Source: an uncultured Tepidisphaerales bacterium
Lineage (GTDB): Bacteria > Planctomycetota > Phycisphaerae > Tepidisphaerales > Tepidisphaeraceae
NCBI GenBank assembly: GCA_964416015.1
Contig: CAYQCT010000002.1
Location: 9,109-61,762 of the forward strand
Length of the DNA: 52,654 bases
Direction: 5' to 3'
Below the pieces are notes generated by a model. That model had not been told where the DNA came from, made no database searches, and was given only the letters and a program-made list of their open reading frames with translations. Below are positions 25,966 through 35,600 of the stretch, piece by piece; the stretch's first letter is position 1, and each line of letters starts with the position of its first letter. Both the position numbers and the translations under genes were made by a program.

Positions 25966-27372
25966 CTATGCCGAGGCGACCGCGGCGCGGATGGCGTCCA
26001 GATCGTTCGCCACCTTCACCGGCGGGTTTGCCAACCGGCCGGGCTCGTCGCCGATGTGGTAGTCGACCGTGCGGTCCGGGTCCTTCAGCTCGTGGCCGGT
26101 CAGGACGCAGACGACTTCTTCGTCCCTTTGGATGATGCCTTGCTCGACGAGTTGCCGCACGCCGGCGACGGTCGCGCCACTCGCCGGCTCACACCCGAAG
26201 CCGTGGCGGGCGACGAGGGCCCGGCCGTCGAGGATCGCGTCGTCGTCGACCTCGCGGACGACGCCGTCCATCACGTCGAGCGCTCGCAACGCCTTGGGCA
26301 GATTCACCGGCCGGCCGATCTCGATGGCGCTGGCGACCGTCTTGGCCCGGTGGCTGATCGCGTCGTAGCCGCGATAGAGCGCGTCGGGCACGTCACGGTC
26401 GAATCGGCCTTCGTTCCAACGCAGGCCCTGCTCTTCGTGGAGCTGATAGAGCGTGTTGGCCCCGTGCGCGTTGATGACGGCCAGCCGCGGCACGCGATCG
26501 ACGAGGCCGAGCTCCCTGAGCTCCAGGTACGCCTTGCCGAACGCCGACGAGTTGCCGAGGTTTCCGCCCGGAACGACGATCCAGTCCGGCACACGCCAGC
26601 CGCGGGCTTCGAGGATGCGATACATGATCGCCTTCTGGCCCTCGAGGCGGAAGGGATTGACGCTGTTCATCAGGTACACGCCCGCCTCGGCATCGTCGGC
26701 GAGTTCGCGGACGCGACGCAGGCAGTCGTCGAAGTCGCCGTCGACCTGCAGCGTGGTTGCTCCGTAGTCGAGTGCCTGGCTGAGCTTGCCGAACGCGATC
26801 TTGCCGCTGCCGACGAAGACGATCGCACGCATGCCGGCGGCGCTGGCGTAGAGGGCCAGGGCGGCGCTCGTGTTGCCGGTCGAGGCGCAGGCGACGGTCG
26901 TCGCACCGACGCGATTGGCATGCGTGAAGGCAGCCGTCATACCGTTGTCCTTGAAGCTGCCGGACGGGTTGAAGCCCTCGTATTGCAGCTGCAGCGTGCC
27001 GTGAAACCCGATGTCGACGGCCACGGCACAGGCGTCCCGCAACAGCGTCCGGCCTTCGCCGACGGTGACGATCTCGCTCCCGTCGCCGAAGAACGGCAGC
27101 AACTCGCGGAACCGCCAGACGCCGCTGAGGTCGAGCGGGGCGAACGACGTGCGGCGTTGGTCGAAGTCCTGCAGGCTGCCGGGCACGTCGAGCTTCGACC
27201 AATCGTAACGGATGTCGAGCAGCGACCCGCACGCCCGGCAGGCCGTCAGGATCTCGCCGACGTCGTACGTGGCCGCACAGGCGGGATCGATGCACTGCTG
27301 GCGGACGGCGTCGTTCATTGCGGATCGGCAGGATACCGCGTGGGTGCGGGAGCCGGGGAAGCCCTTGGGCAT
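25966..27372 (-). CDS. thrC: Threonine synthase
   Basis: N-terminal zinc-ribbon-like region [32 protein letters not shown]. The PLP-lysine motif is [28 protein letters not shown] is also present. The start is the ATG at 27372, which abuts the upstream gene's stop, or the ATG at 27318. Confidence 0.9.
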   Translation of the reverse strand: MPKGFPGSRTHAVSCRSAMNDAVRQQCIDPACAATYDVGEILTACRACGSLLDIRYDWSKLDVPGSLQDFDQRRTSFAPLDLSGVWRFRELLPFFGDGSEIVTVGEGRTLLRDACAVAVDIGFHGTLQLQYEGFNPSGSFKDNGMTAAFTHANRVGATTVACASTGNTSAALALYASAAGMRAIVFVGSGKIAFGKLSQALDYGATTLQVDGDFDDCLRRVRELADDAEAGVYLMNSVNPFRLEGQKAIMYRILEARGWRVPDWIVVPGGNLGNSSAFGKAYLELRELGLVDRVPRLAVINAHGANTLYQLHEEQGLRWNEGRFDRDVPDALYRGYDAISHRAKTVASAIEIGRPVNLPKALRALDVMDGVVREVDDDAILDGRALVARHGFGCEPASGATVAGVRQLVEQGIIQRDEEVVCVLTGHELKDPDRTVDYHIGDEPGRLANPPVKVANDLDAIRAAVASA

Positions 27373-28416
27373 TTACTGGCTCTTGGCGAGTCTCGCCTTT
27401 TCGAGGATGTCCTTCTCCTCGCGGGTCAGCGACTTCATGCCGCTGTCGCTGATTTTCGCCAGAATCAGGTCCAGATCGCTCTCCAGCCGTCGGGCCGCTT
27501 CGGCCTCGCGTTCGGCCCGCTTCTCGGCCCGCCGGCGGCGTTGGCGTTCGCGGAATGACTCCTTCGCCGGCTCGTCCGGGTCCATCATCGCCGAGGCGGC
27601 AAAGTCCGGCCCGTCCTCCTCCTGAAACGCCCAAGGCCCGGCGGCGACGAGCTGGCGACGCAGGCTCAGGCACGTCAGAAGGCAGGACAGCCCGATGAAC
27701 GAGACGATTAGGCTCGACGCGAATCCGTACAAAATCAGCAGCGGCGAAGCGATCAGGCCGAACGTCGTCGTCCAGAGCGTGGCCTTGTACCACCCGTTCT
27801 TCCACCAGAGCAGGCCCTGCAGCAGTTGCCCGCCGTCGAGCGGGAAGACCGGCAGCAGGTTGAACAGCAGCAGGAAGTAGCTGACCGCGTAGACGTAGAA
27901 GACGACGCGCCCGATCGGGCTCATCGCGACTGCGAACAGGTTGCCGGTCTGGAACGGCCCGACCGGCCAGAACCCGTAGCCGATGCCGAGGATGAGGATG
28001 CCGACGGCGCAGATCAGCACGTTGACCAGCGGGCCGCAGAGGATCGTGATCGTATGCGGGTACCAGCCCTTGGCGGGCTGAGCGAGTGCCATGCCGCCGA
28101 GGGGCGTGAGGACGACTTCGCTCGCCGAGCCGCCGGTCTTGCGTGCGCCCCAGATGTGGCCGAACTCGTGGAGGACGACGATGAACAGGAGCGTTCCGAG
28201 GAACAGCAGCGTGTTGCCGAATCCACCGAACGGCCCGCCGCCGCCGAGGCTCAGGAGCAACAGCACGCCGGCCAGCACGACCGTCAAGGCCTGGACGTAG
28301 AGCGTCACGCCCCAGACCTCGAACAACCGCACGCGGCCCTGCAGGAGCCACATCAGCGGGTTGCTGCCGAAGCCGTACGGCTCCTCGCGTGCATAATCGC
28401 GGTCACGCCAACCCAT
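27373..28416 (-). CDS. Site-2 protease family (M50) membrane metalloprotease with charged coiled-coil C-terminal tail
   Basis: Only the 3' third of track ORF 27373..30060 is coding. The start is the ATG at 28416 (MGWRDRDYAREEPYG...). HEFGH lies in a TM helix (FIVVLHEFGHIWGA), and a second motif LLPVFPLDGGQLL (the LDG of M50) follows. The tail is ERQRRRRAEKRAEREAEAARRLESDLDLILAKISDSGMKSLTREEKDILEKA. Confidence 0.85.
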   Translation of the reverse strand: MGWRDRDYAREEPYGFGSNPLMWLLQGRVRLFEVWGVTLYVQALTVVLAGVLLLLSLGGGGPFGGFGNTLLFLGTLLFIVVLHEFGHIWGARKTGGSASEVVLTPLGGMALAQPAKGWYPHTITILCGPLVNVLICAVGILILGIGYGFWPVGPFQTGNLFAVAMSPIGRVVFYVYAVSYFLLLFNLLPVFPLDGGQLLQGLLWWKNGWYKATLWTTTFGLIASPLLILYGFASSLIVSFIGLSCLLTCLSLRRQLVAAGPWAFQEEDGPDFAASAMMDPDEPAKESFRERQRRRRAEKRAEREAEAARRLESDLDLILAKISDSGMKSLTREEKDILEKARLAKSQ

Positions 28417-28638
28417 CGGCGGACATCCTAGGAAGAGGCGAAGCAGGCCGATTGAGCCGGCGGTGAAGTCTGGTGCGGCGACGGGTCGATACGGGTCGTG
28501 TGGGTCGGGCCGATTGCGGTTTGACTCGGCTTGCCGCCGCGCCGGGTTGCGGGGCGAGGCCGAGGCCGCAACACTGTCCGCCCGCGCGTGACGGCAACCG
28601 GCCGTCGCGACTGATTCCGCCTTCCCAGGACTCGCCGA

Positions 28639-30045
28639 GTGCCGACCGTGAACCTGCCGCACGCGAACCGCCCGCCCGTCGTCCGTCGACGCCCCCGCGT
28701 CGCGCGACTCCTCGCCGCCGCCGCGTATGCCGCTGCGCCTGCGTTGCTGCTCGCCCTCGGAGCCGGCTGCGAAGTTTCCAGCTTCCTCGATCCGACCGTC
28801 ACCACGGATCCCAAGAAGCAGAACCAGCTCCAACCCGACGGCTCGGCCACCCCGGCGGTCCAGGTCATTCTCGACGGCATCGACCTGGGCGAAGTCGCGC
28901 CGGACCAGTCCCGCTTCGCCTCCGCCCGCGACGTGCGAGCCGAGGATTTGGAGATCATCACCGCCGACTACGTCATCGGCCCGGGCGATCAGCTGCGGAT
29001 CAGCATCAACGACTTCCCCAACGCCGGCCAGCAGTTTGCCGACGCGTTCGAAGTCACGAGCACCGGCTTCGTCAACCTGCCGGACATCGACGAGCCGCTG
29101 CCGGTCGAGGGCCTCACCGAGGGTCAAGTCGCCGATGCGGTCGAAGAGGCGTACGTCCGGGCCGGCATCCTGCGGGCGGGCGTAGCGCGGGCGAACGTGC
29201 TTGCCTTCACCAAGACCAACCGCACGTTCACGATCCTCGGCCAGGCGGTCGGTCGACCGGCGCAGTACCTGATCGGGCGGCCGGACTTCCGCATGCTCGA
29301 CGCGGTCGCGCTTGCCGGCGTGACGACGAGCGTCGCCGCGGTCGACGAGTACGCCTACATCATTCGGCCCGACGCGCTCGAGCCGCGTCCGGTGCAGTTC
29401 AACCAGCCGCCGAGGGGCAATCCCAACGACGGCCAGCTTCCGCCCGGCGAGGACGACCCGCTCGCGCCGCAGGGCCGGCTCGACACGGACGACGCTGCGG
29501 TCTTCGCCCAGGCCGATCAGGCCGGCGGGTTCAGCCAGGATTCGTTCGACTTCGAGCCCCCGGCCGAGCCGACGGACCGGACGGTCATCCGCGTGCCGAT
29601 GAAGGAGCTGCTCGAAGGACAACTCAAGTTCAACGTCGTCATCCGCCCGCGGGACACGGTCTTCATCGGTGCCAACATCAGCGGCAACTACTACGTCGGC
29701 GGCCAGGCGGCCGTGACCGGCGTCTTCGGGATCGACCCGAACAACCGCGTCACGCTCAAGCGGGCGATCGTCGCCGCCCGCGGGTTTAATCCGGTCGCCA
29801 TCCCGCAGCGGACGCAGCTGGTCCGCAAGGTCGGCGACGCCGACTTCTTCGTCCGCGTCAACCTGTTCAACATCATGCAGGGCAAAGATCCGGACATCTA
29901 TGTCGAGCCGGATGACATGATCATGGTCGGCACGAACTTCCCGGCACCGTTCCTGGCGGCGCTCCGCAACGGCTTCCGCGTCAGCTACGGCTTCGGCTTC
30001 CTCTACGACCGCAACTTCGCTCGCGACCGGCAGAACCAGTTCTGA
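28639..30045 (+). CDS. Polysaccharide export protein (Wza/EpsE-like outer-membrane lipoprotein)
   Basis: GTG start. The lipobox context is LLLALGAGCEVSS. YVIGPGDQLRISINDFP...FEVTSTGFVNLPDIDEPLPVEGLTEGQVADAVEEAY is the Poly_export domain, followed by SLBB-like segments. Confidence 0.85.
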   Translation: MPTVNLPHANRPPVVRRRPRVARLLAAAAYAAAPALLLALGAGCEVSSFLDPTVTTDPKKQNQLQPDGSATPAVQVILDGIDLGEVAPDQSRFASARDVRAEDLEIITADYVIGPGDQLRISINDFPNAGQQFADAFEVTSTGFVNLPDIDEPLPVEGLTEGQVADAVEEAYVRAGILRAGVARANVLAFTKTNRTFTILGQAVGRPAQYLIGRPDFRMLDAVALAGVTTSVAAVDEYAYIIRPDALEPRPVQFNQPPRGNPNDGQLPPGEDDPLAPQGRLDTDDAAVFAQADQAGGFSQDSFDFEPPAEPTDRTVIRVPMKELLEGQLKFNVVIRPRDTVFIGANISGNYYVGGQAAVTGVFGIDPNNRVTLKRAIVAARGFNPVAIPQRTQLVRKVGDADFFVRVNLFNIMQGKDPDIYVEPDDMIMVGTNFPAPFLAALRNGFRVSYGFGFLYDRNFARDRQNQF

Positions 30046-30078
30046 TTCGCCGGCTGCCACGCGTCACGACATCTTCGC

Positions 30079-30110
30079 CGCCCCGAACGCTCCGTCCGGG
30101 GCGTTTGCGT
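30079..30110 (+). terminator. Possible terminator/attenuator hairpin between the export gene and the exosortase gene
   Basis: CGCCCCG (30079-30085), an 11-nt loop, CGGGGCG (30097-30103), then tttgcgtg. Confidence 0.35.
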
Positions 30111-30207
30111 GCGCCGGCGCGCACCGCGGCGAAGGTTCCGACGTAGAACGCCTCCGCGCGGTACAGTCGACGGACCCGCGGGCCGACCTACGGCGGAGGA
30201 GACGACC

Positions 30208-31539
30208 TTGACGACGCTGCACGCCACGCCTGTTCCTGCTTCCTCCGCCGGCCGATGGACGCGGTTCGCCTGGGCGGCCGTGCTCGGCATCGGGCTGCTC
30301 GTTGTCGCCCTCTACTGGCGCAACCTCGCCTGGATCTGGGCAAAGACCAACCTCTTCTACGGCCAGGACAGCGGCGAGTGGGCGCACTCGACGCTCGTAC
30401 CGATTATCGGCATCTACTACCTCTACCTGCGTCGCGACGATCTTCGCGCCGCGTCGATCGACCCGGTCCTGCCCGCCTCGCGGTGGCCCTGGCTGCTCGC
30501 GGGCGGGTCGGTGGTCGCGGTCGTGGCATCGATGGCGTGGCTGTTCGGCCGGACGATGAATCCGCCGCCGAGCTGGCTCTCGCTGGCGTTGCCGGTGGCG
30601 GCGATCGGGTTCCTCGCGGCGGCGTCCGAAGTCGTCGTGACGAGCGTCCGCGGCAACGTCGGCCGACCGCGGATGATGCTGGGCGGCCTGTTCCTGATCT
30701 GCGGCATTGCCGGCTGGCAGTTCTTCGCGGTGGTCACCAGCCTGCTCGGCCCCGTGCCGTCCGGCTACGTCTCGTCGGCCTGCCTCGGCGTGGCGATCCT
30801 GGGCCTGCTGGTGATGCTGTTCGACTGGGGCGTCGCGACGCTCGTGGCCGGCGTCTTTCTGACGGGCTACGGCATCTGGCCGGGGCAGAACACGTTCCTG
30901 CAGATGCTCGGCATGGTCCTGGCCATCTTCGGTGCGACCCTCACCATCGGCGGCTGGCGGATCATGAAGATCGTCTGGTTCCCGATCCTGTTCCTCACCT
31001 TCGCCATCCCGTGGCCCTCGCTGGTCTACAGCAAGGTCGCCATGCCGCTGCAGTACCTGGCGGCCGAGGTGGCGGTGGTCGTGATGAACCTCTGCATGAT
31101 CGACACGAGCGTCGAGGGCACGCAGATCGTCATCCACAACGAGATGGGCATGCCGCACGTCCTAAACGTGGCCGAGGCCTGTGCCGGGATGCGGTCGCTG
31201 ATGACATTCCTGACGGTCGGCGCTGCGATCGCTTTCATCTTCGGGCCCGACCGTCCGCTTTGGCAGCGGCTGGTGATCGTCGTCGCCGCCGTGCCGATCG
31301 CGATTCTCTGCAACGTCGGCCGCGTCGCCGGCATGGGCGTGGCCTACGTCTACGTCTCCGAGGCCGTCGCCGAGGGGTTCACGCACAAGATGGCGGGCCT
31401 GGTCATGCTCGTGCCGGCCTTCTTCCTGCTCGTCGGCGTCGGCTGGGTGTTGGACAACCTGTACGTCGAAGAGGACGACGCTGCGACTGATGACGCCACG
31501 GCGCATGGGTCCTCTGCCGGGAGATTGCACCATGCCTGA
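30208..31539 (+). CDS. Exosortase (EpsH/Xrt family transpeptidase)
   Basis: The signature motifs appear in order: NVAEACAGMRSLMTFLTVG (catalytic Cys), AAVPIAILCNVGRVAGMG (Asn/Arg) and FTHKMAGLVML (His), with about 8 TM helices. I prefer TTG at 30208, which is preceded by GGAGGA 7 nt upstream and lies downstream of the hairpin. The track start GTG at 30109 is an alternative. Confidence 0.85.
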   Translation: MTTLHATPVPASSAGRWTRFAWAAVLGIGLLVVALYWRNLAWIWAKTNLFYGQDSGEWAHSTLVPIIGIYYLYLRRDDLRAASIDPVLPASRWPWLLAGGSVVAVVASMAWLFGRTMNPPPSWLSLALPVAAIGFLAAASEVVVTSVRGNVGRPRMMLGGLFLICGIAGWQFFAVVTSLLGPVPSGYVSSACLGVAILGLLVMLFDWGVATLVAGVFLTGYGIWPGQNTFLQMLGMVLAIFGATLTIGGWRIMKIVWFPILFLTFAIPWPSLVYSKVAMPLQYLAAEVAVVVMNLCMIDTSVEGTQIVIHNEMGMPHVLNVAEACAGMRSLMTFLTVGAAIAFIFGPDRPLWQRLVIVVAAVPIAILCNVGRVAGMGVAYVYVSEAVAEGFTHKMAGLVMLVPAFFLLVGVGWVLDNLYVEEDDAATDDATAHGSSAGRLHHA

Positions 31540-32488
31540 CGCCACGCCTCCACCTGTTACTGATTCTCGCCGTCCGCTGCGGGCCTTCCTCCTCGTCGCC
31601 ACGATCCTGGGCGTCGCCGCGGTCGGCTTGAACTTCACGGCGAGCTACATGAAGCTCAACTTCCGTAAGGCCGCCGTCCCGCCGCGGGAGCCGATTCGGT
31701 CGATCCCGCTCGAGATCGGGCCTTGGCTTGCCGTGAACGATCATCGCCTGTCGGAAGAGATCGAGGACGAGCTCGGCACGACCGACTACATCAGCCGGCA
31801 GTACGTCGACACCCGACACGCCTCGCAGGCGACGCTGGAGCTTCTCGAAGATGCCGACACGACTGAATTACGCCGCGATGCGGAGCGGAAGCTGCTGAAC
31901 GAGGTCTACACCGCCAGCCCGACGAGCGTGGTCAGCCTGCACGTCGCGTACTACACCGGCAGCGTCGACACGGTGCCCCACGTGCCGGACCGCTGCATGC
32001 TCGGGGCCGGCTTCGAGATGGCGATCCGCGACGAGCCGATCCTGACGATCCGGGCCAATCCCGACGCCGGGGAGGTCGACGCGAGCGAGTCCCGGCAGAT
32101 TCAGACGAGTTATCGCGAGTTCCAGGACACGCGCAACAACGCCCGGCCGATGACGCAGGGCGTCGCTTACTTCTTCCAGGTCAACGGCGACTACGAGCAC
32201 GACGCGATCATCGGCGTCCGCAAGCGTCTTCAGAACTTGTTCGAGACGCACGCTTACTTCGCCAAGATCGAGGTCATGGTGCAGCTGCCGACGGACCAGC
32301 TCGACCCGACGGGCGACCGCAACGCGTGGGCGATGACGAGCTTCGACAATTTCCTGTCCGACGTGCTTCCGGCGATCGAGCAGCGGCTGCCGGACTGGGA
32401 CGAAGTGACAAGTCTCGATGCCGACACGCGGGACGCCGCGACGTCCGACGAGGTTGCCGTAGCCGACAAGTCGGCTGCGGCGTTGTAG
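31532..32488 (+). CDS. epsI: Exosortase-associated EpsI family protein
   Basis: The ATG at 31532 overlaps the exosortase stop by 8 nt (ATGCCTGA). There is an N-terminal TM helix (LRAFLLVATILGVAAVGL). IPLEIGPWLAVNDHRLSEEIEDELGTTDYISRQYVD...SLHVAYYTGSVDTVPHVPDRCMLGAGFE is the EpsI/DUF3485 pattern. Confidence 0.8.
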   Translation: MPDATPPPVTDSRRPLRAFLLVATILGVAAVGLNFTASYMKLNFRKAAVPPREPIRSIPLEIGPWLAVNDHRLSEEIEDELGTTDYISRQYVDTRHASQATLELLEDADTTELRRDAERKLLNEVYTASPTSVVSLHVAYYTGSVDTVPHVPDRCMLGAGFEMAIRDEPILTIRANPDAGEVDASESRQIQTSYREFQDTRNNARPMTQGVAYFFQVNGDYEHDAIIGVRKRLQNLFETHAYFAKIEVMVQLPTDQLDPTGDRNAWAMTSFDNFLSDVLPAIEQRLPDWDEVTSLDADTRDAATSDEVAVADKSAAAL

Positions 32489-32609
32489 ACTTGTCTTCCA
32501 ATCCTTCCCGGTCGGGCATGGCCGACCGGGGCGACGGGGGCTGTGGGATCACCACCCGCGTTCGAACCACCACCACCCGCCGCGTTCGCGCGGCTGCCGA
32601 ATCCACCGC

Positions 32610-35600
32610 ATGGCTCGCAGACGACGGCTCAACACGAACCTGATCATCGCGCTCTTCGTCGGCCTCGCCGTGGCCGGCCTCGGGGCGTACTTCGCTGCGC
32701 GGTACGTCCGCGACAACCCCGAACGCGCCGCAGAACGCGCCGAGGCCTATGAGCAGCAGGGCGATTGGCAGCGCGCCGCCGGCCAGTGGAACAAGGCCTA
32801 CCGCGGGACCAGCGACCCGCAGTACCAGCTCCGCGGCGTCGAAGCCGTCATGCACCTCACGTCCGACCCGGACGAGGGCGATGAACAACTCGCCCGCGCC
32901 GCCGGCGGCCTGAACGAACTCGTCAGTCGCGACCCGAGCAATGCCCCGGTCGCGCGGCGGTTGATGCGCTTCCACGCGGAGTCGCCGACTTTCCTGCGGC
33001 CGATCCCGTCGGCCGAGACGCGTGAGGTCCGCGAGAAGGCCGCACTCGTGCTGGCGCAGATTCCGGACGACAACGAAGCCGCGATCTTCCACGCGGCAGC
33101 GACCTTGAATCTTGCGGCGACGGCCGGCGAGCAGATCCCGACCGAGGAGGTCGAGGCCGCCCGCGCGACGCTGCTCGAACGGCTGCCCGCCACGCCGATC
33201 AACGGCACGGGGCTGGAGGCCTACTCGCGTGACCTGCTGACGCGGCTGTCCGCCGAGTCGGATCCCGAAGCGGCCGAAGCGTTGCTCGAGGAAGCGCAGG
33301 CGACCCTCGAAGCCGTCGCGACGGCCGCCCGGAACCACACGCCACGCGAGGAGTATCCGACGGACACCGCCGAGCTGCTGATGAACGTCGCCCAGGCGCG
33401 GCTCGGCATCAGCGAAATCGCCGCCCGGCAGCGTGCCCAGGAGCTGCTGCGGGCCGATCGCGACGCGGGTCGACCGCAGGACACGGCCGCGGCGAACGCG
33501 GCGGCACAGGAGATGATGGAGCCGGCCCGGGCTCAGACGCTGGCGGACCTCGAAGACGCCAAGGCCGCCCTCGACGTCCAACGTGACGCCGACACCCGGC
33601 CCTTCCGCGAGGTCTACAACGCGCTCGCCACTGCCAAGCAGCTCTTCGGCGACCGCGAAGGTGCCGAGCAGGACCTGCGTGACCTGCTGGCTGCGCGGCC
33701 TTACGACCTCGACGCCGCGCTTCTGCTGGGCCGGCTGCTCTCCGAGTCGAACCGTGCGACGGAAGCTCTTGAGGTCGTTCGCGGCACTGTCGAGCTCGAC
33801 GAAGAGGCCGTCCCGACGCTGTACGGATTCGAAGGTTCCACCTTCCGCCGCAACCGGCTGATGGCGAATCTATACCTCTCCGACTTCCTTCTCGACGCAC
33901 GCCGCGCCACCGACAATTCGGCAGAACGTCGCTCGCTTCTCGAAGAAGCCCGGCAGTCGTTCGAGCGCTACCGAACCACCGCCACGACGGCCGGCCTGCG
34001 CGACAATTACCAGAGTGAGCGTGTCGAGGGCCAGCTGCTCATCGCGCAAGGCCGATCCGATCAGGGCCAAGCCAAGCTCTCCTCGGCCCTCGAGCGGACG
34101 CGGCAGTTCGCCGGCCCGGGCGCACGGCGGGAGCAGCTACGCTTGCTCCGTCTGCTCGCCGAGGCCAATCGCGACCTCAACCAGACCGGCGCGGAGATGG
34201 GCTACCTCAGCGAAGCCGTCGATCTCGGCGGAAACCTGACGGAGGTCGAGCGGCTGGTGACGCTTTACCGCCGAACCGACCGCAACGACCAGGCGATCGC
34301 CTTGCTCGACCGCCTGCTCGAGCCCGCCCGCGACGTCGGCGACGACGTCCGGCAGTGGGCGGTGACGACGAAGGCCCAGCTCGCTCCCGAAGACGATCGC
34401 GCTGCGGCCGTCGCGGCGTTGCCGGAGACGACGGACCTGGATCGCCGCCGCAAGTTGCAGGCTGCGATCGGAGTGGGGGACGACGACCTGGCGTTGCGTC
34501 TTGTGCGTCGTCTTCGCGATGATTCGCCGGACGATCCGCTGATGCTCCTGCAAGAGGCCGGCGTGCTGGCCCGGATGAATCGGCAGGAGGAGGCGGCCGC
34601 ACTGCTCCGCAGCAGCGACGACCCGCGGGCCGTCGCGATGCTCGACCGCTTCGACCGCGGCGTCGATGCGGTCATCGAGAGCATCCAAGACCCGATGCGT
34701 CGTGCGTTGGCCTCTGCGCAGGTGGCACAGCAGCGTCGCGACGTGCAGGAAGCCGATCGGCTGCTGGACGAGGCGATCAAGCTGCAGGCCGACGGGCAGG
34801 CGACGCCGGACGCGGGCGAACTGCTCTTCGAGCTTCTCGTCGCTGCCGATCGGCTCGACGATGCCGAGCAGGTCGCCGAGCGGCTTCGTGAGTCGCCCGG
34901 CGACGGACTTGGCGGCCGCACGTACGCCGTTCGTCTGCAACTGGCCCGCGGTGATACGGAGGAAGCGCTCGACCCGGCCCGCCGGCTTGCCCAGCAGCAC
35001 CCGCGTTCGGCCGCGGCACAGTCGCTGTTCGCCCGGACGCTCCGCCTCAACGAGCAACCCGCCGCCGCCGTCGCGCCCGCGTTGGCCGCGGTTGAGCTTC
35101 GGCCGGACGACGTGCGGACGCTCTCGGTCGCCGTTGACGCCCTCGCCGCCGCCGGCCGCGCCCGCGAGGCCGGCGAGCTGATCGAGCGAGGCCTTCGTTT
35201 GCAGCCGAACAACGCGCTGCTCCGGCAGGCGTCGGAGCAGTACGCGTTGCGCTTCAGCGACCCGTCGCAGATCCTGCAGGCCCGCCGCGACGCCGTCGCC
35301 GCGACGCCGGACGTGCCTGCCGCACACGGCGGCCTGATCGAGTCACTCGTCGTCGCCGCCGAAGCCGCGACGCAGCGAGGTGAGGACGCGACCGCGCTTC
35401 GTCGCGAGGCCGCCGACGCCGCTCGCGAAGCAGTCACGCGTTTCCCCGACGACGGACGTCTGTACGCGTTGCTTGCCCGTTCGTCGCTCGCCGCCGGTGA
35501 CGAAGCCGTCGCCGCCGCCCGGCCGATCATGGAGCGGGTCACGACGCCGAGTGACGAGGCGTCGATGATCGACGACCCCCGTGTCGTCGCCGCCGCGACC

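Noticed and set aside
26393-28351. 652-aa minus-strand, extremely Arg-rich ORF, plus similar ORFs (for example 15062..16537, 38326..39396, 42675..43826)
   Set aside because: These are off-frame readings of real genes. They are roughly 25-30% Arg with Pro/Gly runs, which is characteristic of wrong-frame translation of high-GC coding DNA.
28417-30060. Upstream two-thirds of the 895-aa minus-strand ORF 27373..30060
   Set aside because: Only the last 347 codons (from the ATG at 28416) encode a coherent M50 protease. The remainder is antisense to the Wza-like gene and is low complexity.
32506-32529. 9-bp perfect hairpin CCCGGTCGG-gcatgg-CCGACCGGG between epsI and the TPR gene as a terminator
   Set aside because: No T-tract follows it. 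It is more likely an mRNA-stabilising or processing stem within a polycistronic transcript. There is not enough evidence to annotate it.
34509-34520. 12-nt match (cgtcttcgcgat) to the priA palindromic element inside the TPR gene
   Set aside because: It is too short, has no flanking similarity and no inverted partner. It is a chance match in GC-rich coding DNA.
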